From NCBI GenBank assembly GCA_963832165.1, contig CAWHTE010000001.1, positions 96,001 through 160,000 of the forward strand: a stretch of 64,000 bases of DNA, given 5' to 3'. This document shows positions 31,316 through 41,271 of the stretch, piece after piece (positions within the stretch are counted from its first letter, which is position 1; each line of letters opens with the position of its first letter). This DNA is from an uncultured delta proteobacterium (GTDB lineage: Bacteria > Myxococcota_A > UBA9160 > SMWR01). A program made the position numbers and the translations under genes. Under the pieces are notes generated by a model. The model saw nothing but the letters and a program-made list of their open reading frames with translations. It was not told the DNA's origin and made no database searches.

Positions 31316-31684
31316 TCAGTGCCGGGCGTGCCGGGCGACCTTTTCGGAATCATCTCCCGGTCCGAAATAGCTCCAGGGGTATTCCGGCTCGAGGATCGGC
31401 TCGAAGTTGGCGGGAGCCGCGATCGGCGCCGTGAGCAGCTCGTAGACGCCGATCGGCGGTCGCAGGATCGCCATGCCGAGGCCCTTGGCGAAGCCCGCGG
31501 TCCAGCCCGCGGGCGCTCCCTCGCGGCGGGTCGTCTCCATGATGTTGCCGGGGATCTCCAGGAACGGCGTCGTCATGGCCGCGAGTCCGCGACCGGCCTT
31601 CTCGAGCGGCGTGTCCGCGCTCGAAGCGATCGGCCAGCACAACATCGCCACGGCCACCAGAAGCAAGTTGTATCGAGTCCTCAT
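31316..31684 (-). CDS. Exported protein resembling the TIGR04073 exosortase-associated family
   Basis: Signal peptide, KAGRG...EIP, GVYELLTAP, LEPEY pattern. Confidence 0.6.
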   Translation of the reverse strand: MRTRYNLLLVAVAMLCWPIASSADTPLEKAGRGLAAMTTPFLEIPGNIMETTRREGAPAGWTAGFAKGLGMAILRPPIGVYELLTAPIAAPANFEPILEPEYPWSYFGPGDDSEKVARHARH

Positions 31685-31845
31685 GACTTCATACCTCCAT
31701 CACCAACGCGGCATAGAAGCAGAACACGTGCCAACTTCTCTCGGTGCATCGCGGGTGTGCGCGTTCGCGTTTGCAAAGAGGAACCCGCGCCTTTCTACAA
31801 TCGCGCAGCCAGCGCAGTAGAATCGCTGTGCGCGCGGAGGTCGCC

Positions 31846-32850
31846 ATGCTGCAGCTTCGCATCCACGGCCCGAACAAGGTCAGCCTCGACGACGTGCCGA
31901 TGCCCGCGCTCGGGCCGCGCGACGCGCTGCTGCGCGTGAAGGCGTGCGGCATCTGCGGCAGCGATCTCGGCTACGTGAAGTACGGCGGGGTCGCGGGACC
32001 GCGGCCCGAGCCGACGCCGATCGGCCACGAGTTCTCCGCGGTGATCGAGCGCGTGGGCGGCGAGGTGAAGCGCTACCGCGCGGGCGCGCGCGTGGTGGTG
32101 AATCCGCTCGCGGGTTCCAACCTGATCGGAAACGGCGGCGAGCTCGGCGCTTTCGGGCCCGAGCTGATCGTGCGCGAGGTCGATGCGGGCGGCGTGCTGT
32201 TCCCGATTCCCGACGACCTGCCGTTCGACCGCGCGGCGCTCGCCGAGCCGCTCGGCGTGGGCATGCACGCGGTCGAGCGCGCGCAGCTCGTGCCGGGTGA
32301 GAAGGTGGCGATCTTCGGCGCGGGTCCGATCGGCCTGATGTCGCTCGCGGCGCTGCGCTGGCGCGGCTTCGAAGACGTCGCGATCGTCGATCTATCGGAG
32401 AAGCGCCTCGGCATCGCGCGCGAGCTGGGCGCGACGCTCGCGCTCAATGCAGGTGCGGGCGACGTGTGGGGCCCGTTGTGCGAGCTGCACGGCGTCGAGA
32501 AGTGGCTCGGCATGGTTCCGTGCGCGGGCACTCACGCCTACATCGAGGCGTCCGGTGCGCCGTCGGTGATCGGCGAGATCATCGCGAAGGCGCGCCCGCG
32601 CGCGCGCATCTCGGTGGTGGCGCTGCACCGCGAATCCCGGCCGGTCGATTTCCTGTCGCTGATGGCGAAGGAGATCACGCTCACGGGCTCGATGGCCTAT
32701 CCCGACGACTACGCCGAGATGGTGCGCATCCTCACCGAGGTGGACCTCTCGCCCGCGATCACGCACCGCTTCCCGCTAGCGCGCTTCGAGGAGGCGTTCG
32801 ATACCGCGCGCGACGCGAGCACCTCGGGCAAGGTGATCATCGAGCCGTAG
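31846..32850 (+). CDS. Zinc-binding alcohol dehydrogenase
   Basis: CGICGSD, GHE, GAGPIG; GGAGG RBS. Confidence 0.9.
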   Translation: MLQLRIHGPNKVSLDDVPMPALGPRDALLRVKACGICGSDLGYVKYGGVAGPRPEPTPIGHEFSAVIERVGGEVKRYRAGARVVVNPLAGSNLIGNGGELGAFGPELIVREVDAGGVLFPIPDDLPFDRAALAEPLGVGMHAVERAQLVPGEKVAIFGAGPIGLMSLAALRWRGFEDVAIVDLSEKRLGIARELGATLALNAGAGDVWGPLCELHGVEKWLGMVPCAGTHAYIEASGAPSVIGEIIAKARPRARISVVALHRESRPVDFLSLMAKEITLTGSMAYPDDYAEMVRILTEVDLSPAITHRFPLARFEEAFDTARDASTSGKVIIEP

Positions 32851-32851
32851 A

Positions 32852-34024
32852 TCAAGCGCCCGTGGATTGCTGCGCGGCGATGGACGCGTAGGCCGCCGAG
32901 ACGAGCCGCTCCGAGCGCGGGTCGCCCGCGATGCCGAGCTGCATCTGGTTCATGACGTAGCCGAACGCGAGGCCCGCGGCGGGATCCGCGAGGCCGAGCG
33001 AGCCGCCCGCGCCCGGGTGACCGAATGCGGTGTCGGGGGCGTCGAGGGACAGCATCGGCGGCAGCGCGAAGCCCGATGCGAAGCGCGTGGGCATCAGGAT
33101 CACGCGGTCGGGGCCTTCGACCTGTGGCGCCACCGCTGCGGCCAGGGTCTCGGGCGAGAGCAGCCGCACGCCGTCGACCTCACCGATCAGCGACGCGTAG
33201 AAGCGAGCGAGCCCGCGCGCGGTGCCGATGCCGTTCGACGACGGCATTTCCGCAGCGTGCAGCGCGCGCGTGTTCCAGATCGGTCCGTAGGGCAGCACGC
33301 CCGACGGGCCCTCGAGCGCGCGACCGAGCAGCGTGTCGGGTCCCATGAACTTGTCGCGCAGCGCGCGCTGCTCGGGATCGCCGGGCTCGGGCGCGGTGTA
33401 GTTCGTGGCGACGCGCGGCTCGATCGCCTCGGGCAATCCGATCCAGAGCTCGAGCCCGAGCGGGCGCGCGGCTTCCTGCGCGAGCAGCTGCCCGACGGTC
33501 TTGCCCGTCACGCGCCGCACCACCTCGCCGAGGATCCAGCCGAACGTGCGCGCGTGGTAGCCGTGTGCGGTGCGGGGCTCCCAGTTGGGCTTCTGCGCCG
33601 CGATCGCGGCGCACACGGGGTGCCACGCGAACACGTCGTCGAGCGTGAGCTGGCCGTCCACCGCAGCGATTCCCGCGCGATGCGTGAGCACGTCGCGCAC
33701 CGTGATCGCGTGCTTGCCGTTCGCGGCGAACTCGGGCCAATAGCGCGCGACGGGTGCGTCGAGCTCGAGTCGACCCCGCTCTGCGAGCCGGTGGACGAGC
33801 GCCGCGGTCACGCCCTTCGTCGACGAGAACACGAGCGCAGCGGTGTCGCGCTGCCACGGCCGGCCCGACTCGCGATCGGCGAAGCCGCCCCACACGTCGA
33901 CGACGCGCTCGCCATTCCAGTAGACGCAGCAGGCTGCGCCCACCTCGCTGTCGGCGAGGTTCTTCGCGAACGCCTCGCGCACCCACTCGAATCCGTCCGT
34001 CCAGGCGCCGTGTACCGTCGTCAT
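32852..34024 (-). CDS. Serine hydrolase (beta-lactamase-fold esterase)
   Basis: FSSTK (SxxK), HGYH, FGHPGAGGS. Confidence 0.9.
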   Translation of the reverse strand: MTTVHGAWTDGFEWVREAFAKNLADSEVGAACCVYWNGERVVDVWGGFADRESGRPWQRDTAALVFSSTKGVTAALVHRLAERGRLELDAPVARYWPEFAANGKHAITVRDVLTHRAGIAAVDGQLTLDDVFAWHPVCAAIAAQKPNWEPRTAHGYHARTFGWILGEVVRRVTGKTVGQLLAQEAARPLGLELWIGLPEAIEPRVATNYTAPEPGDPEQRALRDKFMGPDTLLGRALEGPSGVLPYGPIWNTRALHAAEMPSSNGIGTARGLARFYASLIGEVDGVRLLSPETLAAAVAPQVEGPDRVILMPTRFASGFALPPMLSLDAPDTAFGHPGAGGSLGLADPAAGLAFGYVMNQMQLGIAGDPRSERLVSAAYASIAAQQSTGA

Positions 34025-34044
34025 CGGGGGCCTCTGTAGCAGGT

Positions 34045-34923
34045 TCAGCGCCCGCGCCGCACCTCGAGCGCGACGCCGCACAGGATCGCCGTGGCGCCGA
34101 TGAGCGCGAGCGCACCCGTGCGCTCGCCGAGCCCGAGCGTGCTCGCGGCGAGGCCCACGATCGGCTGCACGAAGATCATCACGCCCATCGTACCCGCGCG
34201 CGTGCGATGCAGCGCCCAGTTCCAGAGCCACGTGACGAGCGCGGTCGAGGTCGCAGCCAGCACGAACACCCAGAGCAGCGCGGGAACCGCACGCGCGGGA
34301 TCGACGGACTCCGTGCTCGCGAGCAGCGCGAGCGGCGGCAGCGTGAGCGCGACCGCCGCGAGCGAGACGCGGCCCTCGTCGTGGCGCTCGAGCAGCGACT
34401 TGGCGCCGAGCGTGTAGATCGCCCACGCGAGATGGCCGGCCGCCATCAGCACATCGCCGAGCGCGTCGCCGAGATCGGGGCGCAGCCCGTCCTGCAGCAC
34501 GACGAGCCCCGCCCCGAGCGTGCCGAGCGCGACTGCGATCGCGCGCGTGCGCGGCAGGCCCTCGGAGAGCAGGAGCGCGCTGCCGAGCACGATGCCGATC
34601 GGTTCGAGCGGCGTGAGCAGCGCGTAGGCGACCGCGGTGGAGCGCTCGGCGCCCGTCGCGAGCAGGACCTGCGGCAGCGCGAAGCCGCCCCACGAGATCA
34701 GCAGCAGGAGTGCGATGTCGCGAGCCGTCCAGGGAGCGCGGCGGCGCGGCGCTGCGCTGCGCCCGACGTGCGCGAGCGCGAACAAGAACACGATGCCGAT
34801 CGCCTGGCGCGAGAACACGAGCGTCCAGGGCGGAAGGCCCGCGAGCGCGAGCTTGGTCCAGATCGGGGTGAGCCCGCCGAGCACCTGGGCGGCGAGTGCG
34901 GCGGCGAGCACGAGCGGCGGCAT
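34045..34923 (-). CDS. DMT/EamA family transporter
   Basis: About ten hydrophobic helices in two repeats; LLSE and LGLGE motifs. Confidence 0.8.
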   Translation of the reverse strand: MPPLVLAAALAAQVLGGLTPIWTKLALAGLPPWTLVFSRQAIGIVFLFALAHVGRSAAPRRRAPWTARDIALLLLISWGGFALPQVLLATGAERSTAVAYALLTPLEPIGIVLGSALLLSEGLPRTRAIAVALGTLGAGLVVLQDGLRPDLGDALGDVLMAAGHLAWAIYTLGAKSLLERHDEGRVSLAAVALTLPPLALLASTESVDPARAVPALLWVFVLAATSTALVTWLWNWALHRTRAGTMGVMIFVQPIVGLAASTLGLGERTGALALIGATAILCGVALEVRRGR

Positions 34924-34957
34924 GGCGCGCGCACGCTAGCGCGCCCTTCTCGCCGGG

Positions 34958-35023
34958 CCTTCGCGCTCGCTAACCGCTCGCGCTCGGGCTCCGAGCCTTC
35001 GCTCGGCTACGCCTCGCTGCGCG
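34958..35023 (-). repeat. Dispersed mini-hairpin repeat, copy C plus adjacent hairpins
   Basis: cttcgctcggctacgcctcgctgcgcg (34997-35023) supplies the stop codon of the DUF3703-like gene. Confidence 0.7.
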
Positions 35024-35384
35024 TCGGCCGACTCCGTCGGCCTCCTTGCTGGAGCAGCGCCTTCAGATCCGGCGGGATCTCCATGCGCTCGAAGAAGCCG
35101 ACGTTCGCGCCGCCCGTGTTGCCGCCGGGCGGAATGCCGAGCGCCGACCCGATCGCCGCGGCGGGCAGCCGCACGATCTGCCCCACGATCTCGCGCACGT
35201 CGCGGCGCAGCCAGCCGATGTGCAGCATCTCGACGTGCGTGCGCACGTGCGGCACGACGTACTGCTGACCCAGGATGTGCGCGCGCTCGAGGTGGCGGAA
35301 CGCGTCGTCGAGCGAGCCCGCGCGGCGCGCGGCTTCGGCCTCGCGCAGCTCGGACTCGAACGCCGAGCGCAGCTTCGGATTCAT
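35007..35384 (-). CDS. DUF3703-like protein
   Basis: HLERAHILGQ...H...H, EIVGQIVRL, GNTGGANV; ATGA overlap with the P450. Confidence 0.75.
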   Translation of the reverse strand: MNPKLRSAFESELREAEAARRAGSLDDAFRHLERAHILGQQYVVPHVRTHVEMLHIGWLRRDVREIVGQIVRLPAAAIGSALGIPPGGNTGGANVGFFERMEIPPDLKALLQQGGRRSRPTRSEA

Positions 35385-36628
35385 CGCGCCGAGGATAGTC
35401 GAACCCGCAGGTGATCGGGACCGCGGAAGGCGACGCCCCGGATGCACGGGGCCCGGAAGCGCGGATCGACATGGAGCTCGGCGAAGCGATCGAGCAGCGC
35501 GCCGATCGCGACGGTCGCTTCGAGGATCGCGAGGCGCGAGCCCGCGCAGTAGTGGCGGCCGAGCCCGAACGCGAGGTGCGCCTCGCCCTGCCGATCGACG
35601 TCGAAGCGGTCCGGGTCGGGGAAGCGGGTCTCGTCGCGATTCGCGGAGCCGATCCCGAGCACGAGGTCGCGGCCGCGCGCGATGCGCGTCCCCGCGATCT
35701 CGACGTCCTCCGTCGCCGTGCGCGAAAGGATCTGGATCGGCGACTCCCAGCGCAGCGTCTCCTCGAGCAGACGGCCGATCCGGCTGCGGTCCGCGCGCAC
35801 CGACGCGAAGAGCGCCGGGTCGCGCAGCATCGCGAAGAGCGCACTCCCGAGCAGGTGATAGGTCGTCTCGGCTCCCGCGAGCACGAGCAGGTAGAGAAAG
35901 CTGATCACCTCCTCGTCGGTCAGCGCACCTCCAAGGGCGGTGGCCGAGGCGAGCTCGCTGATCAGATCGTTGCCGGGCCGGGATCGCTTCTGGGAGACGA
36001 GCGGCGCGAGCGCGGCCGCCATGTTCTTCACCGCGGCGAAGCCGCGCCCGGGATCGGTCGCGACCATCGAGAGATCGGCCGACCAGCCGTGAAACGTCCT
36101 CACGTGCTCGGGCGCAAGACCGAGGATCTCCGTGAACACGCGCAGCGGATACACGTACGTGAACTCCGCCACGAGATCGGCGGCATCCCGCTGCTCGAAC
36201 GAGTCGATCACGGCCTCGGCGATCGACGCGACGATGCGCGGAAACTCACCCGCGAGCGAGCGCGGAGCGAGCGACGGCGTGATCAGGCTGCGGTGCTTCA
36301 AGTGCTCCCGGCCGTCCATTCCGATCAGCGTCCGCCCGATCACGATGCCGATGCCGCGGTCCGTGTTCGACCGGCTCGAGAAGCGCTCGTGGTCGCGCAG
36401 GACGGCGAGTACGTCGTCGTAGCGGGACACGAAGTACGAAGTCCCGGAGAGCAGCTCGACCACGGGCGCTTCGCGGCGCGCTCGGGCATAGAGCGGGTAG
36501 GGGTTCGCGATCGGCGCGGTCGGCCCGGCCAGGAACATGTCGGGGACCGTGAGCGGCAGGATCTCGTCGGTGGACCCGATCGTTTGCAGCGAACTGATAT
36601 CGACAGCGGCGGCGGCTACATCGTGCAT
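35381..36628 (-). CDS. Cytochrome P450
   Basis: AGAETT, EETLR, FGLGRHYCAG; start uncertain. Confidence 0.92.
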   Translation of the reverse strand: MHDVAAAAVDISSLQTIGSTDEILPLTVPDMFLAGPTAPIANPYPLYARARREAPVVELLSGTSYFVSRYDDVLAVLRDHERFSSRSNTDRGIGIVIGRTLIGMDGREHLKHRSLITPSLAPRSLAGEFPRIVASIAEAVIDSFEQRDAADLVAEFTYVYPLRVFTEILGLAPEHVRTFHGWSADLSMVATDPGRGFAAVKNMAAALAPLVSQKRSRPGNDLISELASATALGGALTDEEVISFLYLLVLAGAETTYHLLGSALFAMLRDPALFASVRADRSRIGRLLEETLRWESPIQILSRTATEDVEIAGTRIARGRDLVLGIGSANRDETRFPDPDRFDVDRQGEAHLAFGLGRHYCAGSRLAILEATVAIGALLDRFAELHVDPRFRAPCIRGVAFRGPDHLRVRLSSAR

Positions 36629-36743
36629 GGATCAGTCAATCGAGACGCGCCACCCCTGTCAACGAAAATCCGAGCGGCGAGACGAGCCGTTAGGCGCAAG
36701 TCGCGCGCAGGCGATGTGCAACTGCGACGCGAACAGCGCTCCG

Positions 36744-38483
36744 CTACGCGAGTCCGAGCTCCGCGAGCACGGCCATCTGCGCCAGGTCGCCGTCGATCAC
36801 GAGGCGCCGCGTGTTGAAGGCCTCCGCGCCCGAGAGATCTCCGTTCGCGATCTGCAGATAGCTCGCCGCATCGGCACGGATCGTCACCGTGGCATCGGCG
36901 CGCTCGGCGGGCGCGGTGTCGATCGTGAGCGCGCCGTCGCGCACCGCGAGGATCCACGTGCCGCCGTGCTCTCCCGTGAGCGCGTACTGCACCACGAGCT
37001 CGACGCCCGCGGCCTTCGCGGGATCGAAGCGGCTCGCCATCGCGGCGAACAGCTGCTCGACGGAGTCGACGCGGCGGGCCGCGAGCCGCGCGGCGCGCGC
37101 CCGCTCGCGCGCGAGCACGTCGGCTTCCATCGCCGCGATCGACTCGGCGAGGATCGCCGCGATCTGGTCCGCGCACGCGCGATCGATCGTGAGCGGAGGC
37201 GCGAGTCCCACCACCTCCGTCCCCATCGCGCGCACGTAGAGCCCGCGCTGCCAGGCTTCCGCTTCCACGCGTGCACAGGCCGAGTGCGGCTTCGAGAAGC
37301 CGCGCCGCGTCGCCTTGTCGGCGACGAGCTCGATGCCGATCATGAGCCCCACGCCGCGGATATCGCCCACGGAATCGAAGCCGCCGAGCATCTCGCGCAA
37401 GCGCTCGATCAGATAGGCGCCCACGTCGGCTGCGTTCTCGGCCAGGCGTTCGCGTTCGAGGATCTCGATGTTGGCGAGGGCCGCGGCGCAGCACGTGGGA
37501 TGGCCCATGTACGTGAAGCCGTGGCTGATCGGCATCTGGTTCGGCAGCTTCGCGCTGATCGTCTGGTAGATCTCCTCGGAGACCACCGACGCGCCGAGCG
37601 GCAGATAGCCGCTCGTGATCCCCTTCGCGAGCGTCACGACGTCGGGCCGCACGCGATAGCGCTCGAAGCCGAACATCGTTCCCGTGCGCCCGAAGCCCGT
37701 CACGACCTCGTCGAGGATCAACAGGATCCCGTGGCGGTCGCAGATCTCGCGGATGCGCTCGAAGTAGTCGTCGGGCGGGGGGATGATGCCGCCTGCGCCG
37801 TACACGGGCTCGGCGATGAACGCCGCGATCGTCTCGGCGCCGTCGCGCTCGATCAGGCGCTCGAGCTCGTCGGCGCACGCGAGCCGGCAGCTCGGATAGG
37901 TCTTGCCGAGCTCGCACTTGAAGCAGTAGGGTGCCGCGACGTGCGCGAAGCCGGGCGCCTCGGGTCCGAAGTTCCAGCGCAGCGGCATGATGCCCGTGGC
38001 GGTCATCGTCGCGATCGTGAGTCCGTGATAGGCATGGTGGCGAGCCACGATCGTCGTGCGCCGCTCCTCGCCGCGCAGCGCCCAGTAGAGGCGCACGAGC
38101 TTGATCGACGTCTCGTTGGCCTCCGACCCGCCCGACGAGAACATCACGTGCGAGAGGCCGTACTCGCGCGGGAACATCGAGCACAGCTTCTCGGCGAGCT
38201 CGATCGCGCGCGGGTGGGACTGGCCGTGGAAGGTCGTGAAGTACTCGAGCGTCTCCATCTGCTCGCGCACGGCCGCGATGATCTCGGGGCGCCCGTGCCC
38301 GACCGCCACGCACCAGAGCCCGGAGAACCCGTCGATCAGGCGGTGTCCGCGATCGTCGGTGATCCACCAGCCGTCGCCTTCGACGATCACGCGCGCGCCG
38401 TCGCTCTCCATCTCGCGTGGCGGCGTGAGCGGGTGGATCAGATGGGCGGCGTCGCGCTCGGCGAGCGGGGTCCGCCCGGGCAT
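36744..38483 (-). CDS. Class III aminotransferase with C-terminal SCP2 lipid-binding domain
   Basis: DGFSGLWC, GGSEANE, AFIAEP, DEVVTGFGRTG, LAKGITSGY; C-terminus FDPAKAAG...GGTW...ADATVT...DGD. Confidence 0.88.
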   Translation of the reverse strand: MPGRTPLAERDAAHLIHPLTPPREMESDGARVIVEGDGWWITDDRGHRLIDGFSGLWCVAVGHGRPEIIAAVREQMETLEYFTTFHGQSHPRAIELAEKLCSMFPREYGLSHVMFSSGGSEANETSIKLVRLYWALRGEERRTTIVARHHAYHGLTIATMTATGIMPLRWNFGPEAPGFAHVAAPYCFKCELGKTYPSCRLACADELERLIERDGAETIAAFIAEPVYGAGGIIPPPDDYFERIREICDRHGILLILDEVVTGFGRTGTMFGFERYRVRPDVVTLAKGITSGYLPLGASVVSEEIYQTISAKLPNQMPISHGFTYMGHPTCCAAALANIEILERERLAENAADVGAYLIERLREMLGGFDSVGDIRGVGLMIGIELVADKATRRGFSKPHSACARVEAEAWQRGLYVRAMGTEVVGLAPPLTIDRACADQIAAILAESIAAMEADVLARERARAARLAARRVDSVEQLFAAMASRFDPAKAAGVELVVQYALTGEHGGTWILAVRDGALTIDTAPAERADATVTIRADAASYLQIANGDLSGAEAFNTRRLVIDGDLAQMAVLAELGLA

Positions 38484-38486
38484 CGG

Positions 38487-39302
38487 CTAGCGCGCACCGC
38501 GCTTCGCGCGCGCGTCGATCGTGTTGCGCTTCACCGCGCGCCGCATGAACTCGGGTGCGACCGCCTGGATCACGTAGGCGGGCGAGATCCCGCCCGGGTA
38601 GGTGATCTCGTGCTTGCCCTTCGCAAGCGCATCCATCGTCGCGTCGACGAGCGCTTCCACCTCCACCATGCCGCGCTTCGCGGCCGGCGGCATGCGCGAC
38701 AGCGCCTCCTCGTCGAAGAACGGCGTGCGGATCACGCCCGGGCACACCGTGAGCACGTGCACGCCCGCGTCCTCGACCTCGAGCGAGAGCGAGGCGGCCA
38801 GTCCGACCATCGCGAACTTCGAGGCCGCGTAGGCCGACTCCTCGGGAGGTGCGATCTTGCCCGCGACCGACGCGACGAACACGAGCCAGCCGCGCCGCTG
38901 CTCCACCATCGCAGGCAAGAGCGCCTTCGTGAAGTAGAGCGTTCCGAAGTAGTTCACGCGCATCACGCGTTCCATGTCCTCGACCGACCACTCGAGGAAG
39001 GTGCGGTGATGTCCGTAGCCCGCATTGTTCACGAGCATGTCGATGCCGCCCCAGACCTCGCGCGCGCGCGCCGCCGTGGCCGCGACCTCCGCCGCGCTGG
39101 ACACGTCGCACGGCAGCACCACGGCCTCGCTTCCGCCGGAGCGGATCTCGGCCGCGAGCTTCTCGAGCTCCTCCGCGCGGCGCGCCACGAGCGCCACGCG
39201 CGCGCCCTCGCGCGCGAGCCGCAGCGCGAGCGTGCGGCCGATGCCGCTCGAGGCGCCCGTCACGAGCGCGCGCAGCCCCTGGTAGGAGCGCAGCCGCGTC
39301 AT
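38487..39302 (-). CDS. SDR oxidoreductase
   Basis: TGASSGIG, NNAG, YAASK. Confidence 0.9.
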   Translation of the reverse strand: MTRLRSYQGLRALVTGASSGIGRTLALRLAREGARVALVARRAEELEKLAAEIRSGGSEAVVLPCDVSSAAEVAATAARAREVWGGIDMLVNNAGYGHHRTFLEWSVEDMERVMRVNYFGTLYFTKALLPAMVEQRRGWLVFVASVAGKIAPPEESAYAASKFAMVGLAASLSLEVEDAGVHVLTVCPGVIRTPFFDEEALSRMPPAAKRGMVEVEALVDATMDALAKGKHEITYPGGISPAYVIQAVAPEFMRRAVKRNTIDARAKRGAR

Positions 39303-39940
39303 CGCGCGTTCTCGACGAGCGCGAGGATCACCGACTGCAGGTGCTGCTTGGTGCGCTCGCGGATGCGCGGGTCGGAGAGGTCCTTTCCGAACAGCTTCTT
39401 GTAGTGCGCAGTCGACAGGATGTGGTGGTGCAAGATTCCCTCCACGGTGATCAGCAGCAGGCCCAGATCGTGTTTGGGGGCGCCGAGCCTCTGGCCCGAG
39501 AGCGACTCGTCGATGAACTGCACCCAGCTCTGCTCCTTCAGCGAGACGCCCTTCGCGAGGCCTTCGCCGAGTGTTGCGCGTACCGAGAGCGCCACCCAGC
39601 CGCGCTTCTCGAGAAAGAAATCGAACAGCTCCTCGACGACCTTCTCGACCGTCGTCGCGAGATCGCCCTGGCCCGCGACCACCGCGCCGACGCGCTTGAG
39701 GATCTCGTCGTCCCAGCGCGAGAGCACCGCCTGGTACAGGCCCGGCTTCGAGCCGAAGTGGTGCTGGATCGTGAACGGGCGCACGCCGCATGCGCGCGAG
39801 AGCTCGCGCACCGACACGCCGCGGTAGCCGCGGTTCGCGAACAGGCGCTCGGCGCGGTCGAGGATCCGGGTGCGCGTGCGCTCGGCCTCCTCCTGCGAGC
39901 GCCGGCCGGCCGGGCGCGACTGGACTTTCTTATTGGCCAT
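39299..39940 (-). CDS. TetR family transcriptional regulator
   Basis: TRTRILDRAERLFANRGYRGVSVRELSRACGV...HHFGSK HTH. Confidence 0.9.
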   Translation of the reverse strand: MANKKVQSRPAGRRSQEEAERTRTRILDRAERLFANRGYRGVSVRELSRACGVRPFTIQHHFGSKPGLYQAVLSRWDDEILKRVGAVVAGQGDLATTVEKVVEELFDFFLEKRGWVALSVRATLGEGLAKGVSLKEQSWVQFIDESLSGQRLGAPKHDLGLLLITVEGILHHHILSTAHYKKLFGKDLSDPRIRERTKQHLQSVILALVENAR

Positions 39941-39982
39941 GTGTACAGTAAAACACCGCGCGCGCTCCGAGTCAACGCGCGC
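39941..39982. promoter_or_regulatory. Divergent promoter / candidate TetR operator region
   Basis: Imperfect palindrome gtgtacagtaaaacac abuts the tetR ATG; minus-strand TTGACT at 39970-39975; no RBS before tetR. Confidence 0.35.
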
Positions 39983-40023
39983 GTTCCCCGAAACCCCCCG
40001 GAATCCAGGCATCTGGAGGTCGC

Positions 40024-41271
40024 ATGCGCGCGCTCGTGATCGGCAGCGAGATGGCGCGGCTCATCGTCACCCGGTTGCTCGCCGCGCTCTCGCCGCGCGC
40101 GTTCGTGGGCCCGACCTCGACGCTGCGGCTGTGCGAAATCCCCGAGCCCACGCTGCCGGCACCCGATTGGGCGGTCGCGCGCACGCGCCTGTGCGGTCTG
40201 TGCGGCAGCGACTACAAGCAGGTGTTCATGAACGGGGCGTTCGACAGCCCGATGACCGCGATGATCTCGTGGCCGCAGGTGCTCGGGCACGAAGTGGTCG
40301 GCGTGATCGACGAGGTCGGACCCGCAGCGACGCGCCGCCGGATCGGCGAGCGCGTGGTGTTGAACCCGTGGCTGTCGTGCGAGACGCGCGGCCTGCCGCT
40401 GTGCGACTGGTGCGAGGAGGGCGACCTCGCGCAGTGCCTGAACTTCGCGCGCGGCAGCGCGGCACCCGGCATCCACACCGGCAACAGCTCGACCGCGACG
40501 GGCGGATTCGCGCAGCGCGTGCCCGCGCACGAATCGCAGTGGATCCCGATTCCCGACGAGATCAGCGACGACGCGGCCGTGCTCGCCGACCCGTTCTCGG
40601 TCTCGCTGCACGCGATCCTGCGCACGCCGCCGCCGCCGGGCGGCACCGCGCTCGTGTACGGTGCCGGCACGCTGGGTCTGTTCGCGATCGCGATCCTGCG
40701 CCTGCTCCACCCGCACGTACGCGTGCTCGCGGTGGCGCGCTTCGATCACCAGGCGCAGCTCGCGGAGAAGTTCGGTGCGGATCGCGTGTTTTCTTACCGG
40801 CCGGCGCTCGGGATCATCGAGGCCGTCGCGGAGGCGTGCGGCGCCGAGATCGCGCGCCCCTGGAGAGGGCTCCCGATGCTTCTCGGCGGTGCCGACGTGG
40901 TGTACGACACCGTGTCGTCGCCCGAGACTCTCGAGGTCGGACTCCGGATCGCGAACATCCGCGGGAGCATCGTGGCGCTCGGCGTCGAGCCGCCGCGCCG
41001 CTTCGAGTGGACGCCGCTCTACTTCAAGGAGATCTCGATCGTCGGATCGAACGGCTTCGGGATCGAGGAGTACGACGGGCGCCGGCAACACGCGATCGAG
41101 TGGTACTTCGAGTTCCTGCGCACGAAGCAGATCGATCTGACTCCGATCATCACGCACCGCTTCCCGCTCGCGGGCTACCGCGATGCCTTCATGACCTGTT
41201 ATTCGCAAGGCGACAACGGCGCCGTGAAGGTGCTGTTCGACCGCTTCACCGACGAGGAGACTTTGCGATGA
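40024..41271 (+). CDS. Zinc-dependent (polyol-type) dehydrogenase
   Basis: GLCGSD, LGHE, structural Cys cluster, GAGTLG, ITHRF; GGAGG RBS. Confidence 0.9.
   Translation: MRALVIGSEMARLIVTRLLAALSPRAFVGPTSTLRLCEIPEPTLPAPDWAVARTRLCGLCGSDYKQVFMNGAFDSPMTAMISWPQVLGHEVVGVIDEVGPAATRRRIGERVVLNPWLSCETRGLPLCDWCEEGDLAQCLNFARGSAAPGIHTGNSSTATGGFAQRVPAHESQWIPIPDEISDDAAVLADPFSVSLHAILRTPPPPGGTALVYGAGTLGLFAIAILRLLHPHVRVLAVARFDHQAQLAEKFGADRVFSYRPALGIIEAVAEACGAEIARPWRGLPMLLGGADVVYDTVSSPETLEVGLRIANIRGSIVALGVEPPRRFEWTPLYFKEISIVGSNGFGIEEYDGRRQHAIEWYFEFLRTKQIDLTPIITHRFPLAGYRDAFMTCYSQGDNGAVKVLFDRFTDEETLR

Noticed and set aside
39870..41267. N-terminal 466 aa of the 1737-aa ORF
   Set aside because: Off-frame shadow of the Zn dehydrogenase gene; the real start is the ATGA overlap at 41268.
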